NCBI RefSeq assembly: GCF_006345805.1
Contig: NW_021827404.1
Location: 1 to 10,645 of the forward strand
DNA from: Octopus sinensis
Lineage: Eukaryota
Direction: 5' to 3'
Length of the DNA stretch: 10,645 nucleotides
The stretch's first letter is position 1; each line of letters starts with the position of its first letter. The notes beneath the pieces are model-generated. The model worked only from the letters and a program-made list of their open reading frames with translations. It ran no database searches and had not been told where the DNA came from. Shown here in pieces: positions 1 through 7,863 of this stretch. The translations under genes were made by a program, and so were the position numbers.

Positions 1-27
1 CACTTTTCGTGTTCAGTCCTTAATTTG

Positions 28-58
<31 letters not shown>

Positions 59-60
59 TT

Positions 61-466
61 GCCAGCCCTGTCTGGCCCCCAATGTCGGTGACATGTAAAA
101 GCACCATCCGTTCGTGTCCGTTGCCAGCCTTGCCTGGCCCCCGTGCCGGTGACACATAAAAGCACCATCCGTTCGTGGCCATTTGCCAGCCCCCGTGTCG
201 GTGGCATGTAAAAGCACCATCCGTTCGTGTCCGTTGCCAGTCTCGCCTGGCCCCCCTGCTGGTGACACATAAAAGCACCATCCGTTTCGTGGCCGTTTGC
301 CAGCTCTGTCTGGCCCCCGTGTTGGTGGCACGTAAAAGCACCATCCGTTCGTGTCCGTTGCCAGCCTCGCCTGGCCCCGTGCCGGTGACACGTAAAAGCA
401 CCATCCGTTCGTGGCCGTTTGCCAGCTCTGTCTGGGACCTGTGCGGGTGGCACGTAAAAAGCACCC
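61..466 (+). repeat. Tandem array of 6 complete plus 1 partial ~61-bp units (alternating dimer)
   Basis: Units start at 61, 123, 185, 236, 299, 360 and 421. Each has gccag...ctggc and gtaaaagcacc or ataaaagcacc. Unit 3 has a ~10-bp deletion. Confidence 0.93.
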
Positions 467-631
467 ACTACACTCACGGAGTGGTTGGCGTTAGGAAGGG
501 CATCCAGCCGTAGAAACACTGCCAGATCTGACTGGGCCTGATGAAGCCTTCCAGCTTCACAGACCCCAGTTGAACCGTCCAACCCATGCTAGCATGGAGA
601 ACGGACGCTAAATGATGATGATGATGATGAT
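61..631 (+). mobile_element. Family B non-autonomous retroposon, copy B1: 5' tandem ~61-bp units, conserved body, (TGA)n tail
   Basis: Body 446-611 (ggtggcacgtaaaaagcacccactacac...ttggcgttaggaagggcatccagccgtagaaac...ccatgctagcatggagaacggacgctaaa) is homologous to the reverse complements of 7650-7817 and 7864-8040. It ends in (ATG)n at 612-631. The 3' end has palindrome CCATGCTAGCATGG (584-597) inside a cgtcc/ggacg stem (576-580/603-607). Confidence 0.85.
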
Positions 632-652
632 AAAGAGAGAGAGAGAGAGAGA
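612..652. repeat. (ATG)n tail followed by (AG)n microsatellite
   Basis: (ATG)n at 612-631 and (AG)n at 634-652, read directly. Confidence 0.95.
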
Positions 653-827
653 CCAAACAGCCGAAATTGCGAAGATAGTCTGGTACTTGACTGAGGAAAG
701 GAAACTCCGAATGACCCATCCTTGTTTTCATTGTATTGTCTATCTGGATGTTTTGTTGTCCCATTTTTGTGTCACCTCGCTCTCTGGATGTTTTGCGTTC
801 TTGTCCCATTTTGTATCATATATATAT

Positions 828-860
<33 letters not shown>

Positions 861-881
861 GTACGTATATATAAAGACTAT

Positions 882-964
882 AGGGTGTGATTATAGATTT
901 GGTTGCTATTTCCAGCAGGTCCGTCTACTATGTAGAGGTCCCCCTCTTTGGCTTATACTTACAT
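882..964 (-). repeat. Diverged solo monomer of the 107-bp array unit
   Basis: ggtgtgattatagatttggttgctatttccagcaggtccgtctactatgtagaggtcccctctttggcttatacttacat aligns colinearly with the array unit ggtgtgatttgagggagatttggctgctatttctagcaggtctagctaccatgtagaggtctccctcattggctcatacatacat. Confidence 0.85.
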
Positions 965-1154
965 GCATCTCTGTCCATCCATTCATAAACCCAAAGGCCT
1001 ATCTGTCTGTCTGTCTGTCACCTATACACTTTTACTTTTTTTTTTACGACCCCTTTTGATCGAAAACCTACCCCAATTCTTTTTTATTTTTGCTTCCCCC
1101 AAAAAGAAGAGCTCTACCTTGTAATCTGTCCCGTCTGTGTGCAACCCTGTCTTT

Positions 1155-1161
1155 GTGTATA

Positions 1162-1209
<48 letters not shown>

Positions 1210-1556
1210 TGCACAACAAATATTTAAACGTATATATATATATATATATATATAAACACACACAAGTGCACACACACACTCACACATATATATACACACA
1301 CAAGTGCACACACACACTCACACATATATATACACACACATATACACACACGTACACACACACTTATATACATATACACACACACATATATATAAACATA
1401 CACACACACACATATATACACACATATACACAGACATATACACACACATATACATACACACACACACATATATACACACACACATATATACACACACATA
1501 CACACATATATACACACACACATATATACACACATATATACACATACACACACACT
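1155..1556. repeat. Compound (TG)n/(TA)n/(CA)n microsatellite with a 38-bp internal duplication
   Basis: Dinucleotide runs are read directly. caagtgcacacacacactcacacatatatatacacaca occurs at 1263 and 1301. Confidence 0.92.
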
Positions 1557-1749
1557 TGCTTGTGTGTATATATTTCTGTTGTTTAATTAAATATCAATTT
1601 AACTCTTACCCCTCAACCTGATCCCTAATCTTTCTCAAGGTCAACTACTAGTGACCCCTAATTTAAAATAGGGATCAACTTGCATCTACCCCCCCACACA
1701 CTGAGCCCTAAATAATATTGAAACATCATCCCAGCTTAGGGGTGTGGAG

Positions 1750-2880
1750 CTGTGCGTAGATATGTATGTGTGTGTGTATATGTATGTGTGTGTGTATGTG
1801 TGTGGCGTGTGTGTGTGTATATGTGTGTGTGTTTATATGTACACAAATGTGAGGTTTTGGTGTGTTTATGTGGGTACGTGTGCATAGAAATATGTGTGTG
1901 TAGATATAATGTGTGTGTGTATATGTTCTGTGTGTGTGTGTAGATACATGAGTGTATAGTTGTGTAGGTGTGTGTGTGTTTATGTGTGGGTACGTGTGCA
2001 TAGAAATATGTGTGTGTAGACATCATTGTGTGTGTAGACATAATTGTGTGTGTGTGTGTGTGTGTATACATATGCATGTGTGTGTAGATACATGAGTGTA
2101 TGGTTGTGTATGTGTGCAGGTGTGTGTGTGTGTTTATGAGTGTGTGAATATATGCGTGAATGGTTAAGTGTGCATGTGTGTACATATGTGTGTGTTTGTG
2201 GTGTATGTGTGTATGCATGTGTGTGTGTAGATACATTGGGTGTGTGTGTGTATGTGTGCTTGTTTATGTGCATGTAAATGTGTGTGTATGGTTAAGTGTG
2301 TGTGTGTATAGACATGATTGTGTGTGTATATGTTGTGTGTGATTGTGTTTGTGTGTATACAATACATGCGTGTATGGTTGTGTGTGCGTGTGTGTTTATG
2401 TGCGTGTAAATATATGCGTGTTTGGTTAAGAGTGTGTATGTGTCTGTGGCATACGGGCATATACATATGTATATGTGTGTAGATATATGCGTGTATGATT
2501 GTGTGTGTGTGTGTATGTAGATTTTGTGGGATGTGTGATTATGTGCTGTGTGCTTGTGGTGTGTTTATATATGAATATATGTCTATGTGTGTAGATGTAA
2601 ATGTATGTGGTATTATATGCATGTAAATGTATGATGTGTGTATACATATGGTTTTGCGTATACATACATGTGTGTATGGTTGTTTGTGTGTGTGTGTTTA
2701 TGTGCATGTAAATATATGTGTATGGTTAAGAGAGTGTGTGTGTGTGTGTAGACATAATTGTGTGTGTATATATGTGTGTATGTAGTAGGTCTGTATGGCA
2801 TATGTGCATGTATATATGTATGTGTATAGATATATGTGTGTGTGTGTGTATATGTAGAGTGTGTGTAATTGTGTGTGTGA
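1750..2880. repeat. TG/TA-rich cryptic minisatellite
   Basis: ~1.1 kb of degenerate (TG)n with recurring landmark words: tggttaag ending at 2168, 2296, 2430 and 2730; gggtacgtgtgcatagaaatatg twice. Confidence 0.88.
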
Positions 2881-2941
2881 GTAACTTTCACTATCTATTT
2901 TGTTATGGTCTGTGGTCATGCTGGGGCAATGCCTTGGAGAA

Positions 2942-3014
2942 TTTTCAGTCAACTGTATCGACCCCAGGACTTTTTTGTTGAACCGCTAAGTTACAGGAAT
3001 GTAAACACACCATC
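2942..3014 (-). mobile_element. Degenerate, internally deleted fragment of the family A SINE 3' half
   Basis: tcgaccccaggactt...tttgttgaaccgctaagttacaggaatgtaaacacacc matches family A tcgaccccaggactt...tttgccgaaccgctaagt.acggggacgtaaacacacc with roughly 35-40 bp missing. Confidence 0.7.
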
Positions 3015-3050
3015 AGTAGTCTCCAATAGCAGTGACTTTAGCTGTAGTTT

Positions 3051-4424
3051 GTGATTTGAGGGAGATTTGGCTGTTATTTCTAGCAGGTCTAGCTACCATG
3101 TAGAGGTCTCCCTTATTGGCTCATACATACATATATACATAGATAAGAGAGTGGGGTGTGATTTGAGGGAGATTTGGCTACTATTTCTACAAGGTCTAGC
3201 TACCATGTAGAGGTCTCCCTCATTGGTTCATACATACATATATACATAGATAAGAGAGTAGGGTGTGATATGAGGGAGATTTGGCTGCTATTTCTACCAG
3301 GTCTACCTACCATATAGAGGTCTCCCTCATTGGCTCATACATACATATATACATAGATTAGAGAGTAGGGAGTGATTTGAGGGAGATTTGGCTGTTATTT
3401 CTAGCAGGTCTAGCTACCATGTAGAGGTCTTCCTCATTGGCTCATACATACATATATACATAGATAAGAGAGTAGGGTGTGATTTGAAGGAGATTTGGCT
3501 GCTATTTCTACCAGGTCTAGCTACCATGTAGAGGTCTCCCTCATTGGCTCATACATACATATATACATAGATAAGAGAGTAGGGAGTGATTTGAGGGAGA
3601 TTTGGCTGTTATTTCTAGCAGGTCTAGCTACCATGTAGGGGTCTCCCTCGTTGGCTCATACATACATATGTATACATAGATAAGAGAGTAGGGTGTGATT
3701 TGGGGGAGATTTGGCTGCTATTTCTACCAGGTCTAGCTACCATGTAGAGGTCTCCCTCATTGGCTCATACATACATATATACATAGATAAGAGAGTAGGG
3801 TGTGATTTGAGGGAGATTTGGCTGCTATTTCTACCAGGTCTAGCTACCATGTAGAGGTCTTCCTCATTGGCTCATACATAACATATATACATAGATAAGA
3901 GAGTAGGTGTGATTTGAGGGAGATTTGGCTGCTATTTCTACCAGGTCTAGCTACCATGTAGGGGTCTCCCTCATTGGCTCATACATACATATATACATAG
4001 ATAAGAGAGTAGGGAGTGATTTGAGGGAGATTTGGCTGCTATTTCTAGCAGGTCTTCTACCATGTAGATCTTCCTCATTGGCTCATACATACATATATAC
4101 ATAGATAAGAGAGTGGGGTGATTTGGGGGAGATTTGGCTGCTATTATTCTACCAGGTCTCACAGGCTAGCTACATGTAGAGGTCTCCCTCATTGGCTCAT
4201 ACATACATATATACATAGATAAGAGAGTAGGGTGTGATTTGAGGGAGATTTGGCTGCTATTTCTACCGGTCTAGCTACCATTTAGAGGTCTTCCTCATTG
4301 GCTCATACATACAATATACATAGATAAGAGAGTAGTGTGATTGAGGAGATTTGGCTGCTATTTCTACCAGGTCTAGCTACCATGTAGAGGTCTCCTCATT
4401 GGCTCATACATACATATATACATA
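3051..4424. repeat. Tandem array of 13 copies of a 107-bp unit
   Basis: The gtgat(t/a)tg anchor starts at 3051, 3158, 3265, 3372, 3479, 3586, 3695, 3802, 3909, 4016, 4118, 4234 and 4337. The period is mostly exactly 107. There are no unique spacers. Confidence 0.97.
3058..3122 (-). ncRNA. Putative degenerate HDV-like ribozyme fold (first array copy given as example; repeated in each unit)
   Basis: Minus-strand consensus GAGCC-AAU-GAGGGAG-ACC-UCUACAU-GGU-AGCUA-GAC-CUGCUA(GAAA)UAGCAG-CCAAAU-CUCCCUC has the element order P1-P2-P3-L3(7 nt)-P3'-P1'-J1/4-P4-J4/2-P2'. P1 is weak and the G25-equivalent is A. Confidence 0.4.
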
Positions 4425-4629
4425 AGTCAATGCTACGTCCTGCACAGCACCCCACATCACCTACTTCAGCCTATACACTGTATATAGGGGTCCATTGAGA
4501 GCCACAATACGCTAAATTACAAAGGGACTGTGAGTTTGTGGTCCCGTTTGTTCCCTTTGGGGGTTTTACACTTAAGGAGAACCTTTTAAACTTTATAAAT
4601 AGGGAGATATAGGCCTCTTTCACCATGCA

Positions 4630-4676
4630 CACGTACATGTAAACACACATGTGCACATATATTTTATATGCATATC

Positions 4677-4713
<37 letters not shown>

Positions 4714-4870
4714 GTGTATATGTTTGAATGTAAAAAAAATACATCAATATCATTATTTATACACATGCACAATTACATATGTATGTATGTATGTATGTAT
4801 AATATATATATATATCAGTCTATCAATCTAGCCCTCTGTGTGTATACATATATACATATGTGTGAATATA

Positions 4871-4924
<54 letters not shown>

Positions 4925-5330
4925 TATATATATGCATTATATATATATGTGTGTGTGTATATGGTGTTATGTATATATATATATGTATATGTATATACAT
5001 GTATGTATATGTATGTGTGTATATGTATATACATGTATGTATATGTATGTATGTATATATACATATATCTATGCATATATAATGTATATATATGTATGTA
5101 TATAGGTGTATATATGTGTATGTATATGTGTATATATATGTAAATATATGTGTCTATATATGTATGTATATCTATGCATATATAATGTATATATATGTAT
5201 GTGTATATATATATATGTCTATATATATATGTATAAGCGCGGAAAACGGACGTTAAACGATAATGATGATGATATATGTATGCATATACATATATAATGT
5301 ATATATATATGTATATATATGTATGTATAT
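4630..5330. repeat. Compound (TA)n/(TATG)n microsatellite field
   Basis: Long (TA)n runs. The module atatctatgcatatataatgtatatatatgtatg recurs near 5064 and 5170. Confidence 0.9.
5236..5273 (+). mobile_element. Isolated 3' terminus of family B (~38 bp)
   Basis: agcgcggaaaacggacgttaaacgataatgatgatgat matches the family B end agcatggaaagcggacgttaaacgatgatgat and is embedded in (TA)n. Confidence 0.75.
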
Positions 5331-5417
5331 AAAGATATAGAGTTCACACCCACATATATATACATGCACTCACAAACACACACACACACGTTTAGGGGCT
5401 GCAAGAGGGAGCGAGAC

Positions 5418-5464
5418 GGGGGGGGGGACTGACTGACAGGCAACCCCCCCCCCCCCCCCCCCCC
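5418..5464. repeat. G10 and C21 homopolymers separated by 16 nt
   Basis: G run at 5418-5427 and C run at 5444-5464. Confidence 0.9.
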
Positions 5465-5790
5465 GGTATATTTACCCAACAGTTTTAAGACTTGCTAAAC
5501 ACACCCTAGGGTCCTCTCTCACTCCTTTACATCCCCATTCTGACTACCCCCTTCACCACCACCACCACTACCAGCACCAACACTTATTCCCTTATTAGTT
5601 GTAGTTAACAGCAATACTGGACAGGTGCTGGTTGATGGTTAATGACAATGGTTGTGGTGGTGGTGGCTGCCGTGTTTGTGTTGTAGCTACTGTGGTTGTA
5701 AAACTGTGTTGCGGTATAAGTGTTTGTTGTCAAGGCTGTAGTGTATATATAGGATTTGGCTCACACGTGTGTGTGTGTGTATATATATAT

Positions 5791-6191
5791 TTACTCTTTT
5801 ACTATTTTACTTGTTTCAGTCATTTGACTGCGGCCATGCTGGAGCACCGCCTTTTAGTCGAGCAACTCGACCCCGGGACTTATTCTTTTGTAAGCCCAGT
5901 ACTTATTCTATCGGTCTCTTTTGCCGAACCGCTAAGTAACGGGGACGTAAACACACTAGCATCGGTTGTCAAGCAATACTAGGGGGACAAACACAGACAC
6001 ACACGCATATATATGTATACATATATACGACGGGCTTCTCTCAGTTTCCGTCTACCAAATCCACTCACAAGGCATTGGTCATCCCGGGGCTATAGTAGAA
6101 GACACTTGCCCAAGGTGCCACGCAGTGGGACTGAACCCGGAATCACGTGGTTGGTAAGCAAGCTACTTACCACACAGCCACTCCTGCGCCT
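5791..6191 (-). mobile_element. Family A tRNA-derived SINE, full-length copy A1
   Basis: The minus strand begins aggcgcaggagtggctgtgtggtaag. It has an A-box-like TGGCTGTGTGGT (6169-6180), a B-box-like GGTTCAGTCCC (6127-6137), a CORE-like CCTTGGGCAAGTG motif (within 6099-6115), a central CA/TA tract and a GTAAAA(G/T)A repeat tail. Homologs lie at 7258 and 8418. Confidence 0.9.
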
Positions 6192-6425
6192 ATACAATTA
6201 TGATCCAACTACCCTAAAGTGCATGCTTGAGCCCCTCTACCCACCCCTACACGAAACACACACATAACACAACAAGGATGACACCCTCCTTTCCACCCCA
6301 TGCCCACCCCCTCTCAGGACATAAACAAAACAAAAGGCGTTGCTACCGCACACACACACACACCCCTCCAGGGATGTTACCACCAGCATGACAGGAAGTA
6401 AACTTTCTCGGAGGCACCCCTAAAA

Positions 6426-6830
6426 CACCACTACTACTACTACCAACAGCAACAAGAGTACCACCATGTCATCAACACAACCACCACAAATACTACCACC
6501 GTCACCACCACAAATACTACCACCACTACGACCACAACCACCATCATCAAAACACCACCGCCACCACAAATACTACCACCGTCACCACCACTACGACCAC
6601 CACCACAACCACCAAAAATACTACCACCACTACGACCACAACCACCATCATCAAAACACCAACACCACCGCCACAACCACTACCACCATCACCACTACTA
6701 CAACCACAACCACCATCATCAAAACACCAACACCACAACCACTGCCATAAACACCACCAACCACTGCTACCACAACCACCGCTGCCAGCACCAGCATCAC
6801 CCCCCTCCACTACCACCACTACCACCCTTA
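6426..6830. repeat. (ACC/ACT)-rich cryptic trinucleotide repeat with modular 20-26 bp duplications
   Basis: ccaccacaaatactaccacc at 6481, 6505 and 6561; accacaaccaccatcatcaaaacacc at 6531, 6635 and 6703. Confidence 0.88.
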
Positions 6831-6876
6831 TCCCAAACCACCACTCCCCATCGTTAGATAGTCAAGGGGGCCAAGC

Positions 6877-6903
6877 CACACACACACACACACACACACA
6901 CAC
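6877..6903. repeat. (CA)n microsatellite
   Basis: Perfect CA run, read directly. Confidence 0.95.
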
Positions 6904-7257
6904 GGATGCAGTTGTCACTGCACACCTTTTCCCAATGTCAACAACAGACATCATTCTGATTGTTAATTAAAAAACAAGAATTGGATGAGAAAAAGTGAAA
7001 AGAAATTAGCTAATTAACAGAAGTGTGTTGGCGATGGCAGTGGTGGTGGTCGTGGAGGAGAGGCGGTGGTTGTGGTTTGAGGAGTTGGAATCGGGGAGCG
7101 GGGGACTGGTGTGTCTCACACACACACACACACACACACACATATTTACATATAGACATAAACACACATGGACTATAAAAACAAAGAAAATATACAACTA
7201 TATACACACACACAAATATATGCGTGCACACAATATATATATATATATATATATATA

Positions 7258-7637
7258 TACTCTTTTACTTGTTTCAGTCATTTGACTGTGGCCATGCTGG
7301 AGCACCGCTTTTAGTTGAGCAACTCGACCCCCGTGACTTATTCTTTGTAAGCCTAGTACTTATTCTATCGGTCTCTTTTTACCGAACCACTAAGTGACGG
7401 GGACATAAACACACCAGCATCGGTTGTCAAGCAATGCTAGGGGGACAAACACACACACACACAAACACACATATATATACAGATATACGACGGGCTTCTT
7501 TCAGTTTCTGTCTACCAAATCCACTCACAAAGCATTGGTCGGCCCGGGGCTATAGCAGAAGACACTTGCCCAAGATGCCATGCAGTGGGACTGAACCCGG
7601 AACCATGTGGTTGGTTAGCAAGCTACTTACCACACAG
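7258..7637 (-). mobile_element. Family A SINE copy A2, lacking the first ~14 nt
   Basis: Colinear with A1 from tactcttttacttgtttcagtc to agctacttaccacacag. It stops inside the A-box and abuts (AT)6. Confidence 0.9.
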
Positions 7638-7648
7638 ATATATATATA

Positions 7649-7817
7649 TCATCATCGTTTAACGTCCGCTTTCCATGCTAGCATGCGTTGGACGATTTTG
7701 ACTAAGTGCTGGCAAACCAGAAGGCTGCACCAAGCTCCAATCTTGGCCTGGCAGAGTTTCTACAGCTGGATGCCCTTCCTAATGCCAATCACTCCGAGAG
7801 TGTAGTGGGTGCTTTTA
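7649..7817 (-). mobile_element. Family B copy B2 (5'-truncated, body and tail only)
   Basis: tcatcatcgtttaacgtccgctttccatgctagcatg...ggatgcccttcctaatgccaa...gtgtagtgggtgctttta is homologous to the reverse complement of B1 455-620. Confidence 0.9.
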
Positions 7818-7863
7818 TATATATGTATATATATATATATATATAAATATATATATATATATG

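Noticed and set aside
538-565. CTGATGA hammerhead-like core in B1
   Set aside because: There is no downstream GAAA or stem III at a suitable distance, and the motif is not conserved in B2 or B3.
13-582. ORFs of 189, 123 and 112 aa over the 61-bp array
   Set aside because: They are periodic translations of a GC-rich tandem repeat, shift frame between units and show no domain similarity.
1600-1745. Degenerate telomere-like words (ttaccc, ccctaa, ttaggg) and a gatcccta/tagggatc inverted repeat
   Set aside because: The words are scattered rather than tandem, so the evidence is too weak to call an interstitial telomere or MITE.
1022-2981. Many His/Thr/Tyr- or Cys/Val-rich ORFs (also 4649-5297 and 9041-10549)
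   Set aside because: They are artefacts of stop-free CA/TG/TA dinucleotide repeats.
4037-4049. Minus-strand GCTAGAAATAGCA, identical to part of the engineered Cas9 sgRNA scaffold
   Set aside because: The match is only 13 nt, the flanks do not continue the scaffold, and it is a generic GAAA-capped hairpin within a genomic repeat.
3051-4424. CRISPR array
   Set aside because: Units are whole-length tandem copies with no unique spacers, there are no cas genes, and the context is eukaryotic.
5570-5632. 9-bp inverted repeat accagcacc/ggtgctggt between CAC-rich and GTG-rich tracts
   Set aside because: It is expected by chance from opposing low-complexity tracts, and no target-site duplication is visible.
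6110-6191. tRNA gene
   Set aside because: The A/B-box-like motifs belong to a SINE head. There is no convincing cloverleaf, and it is fused to a repeated body.
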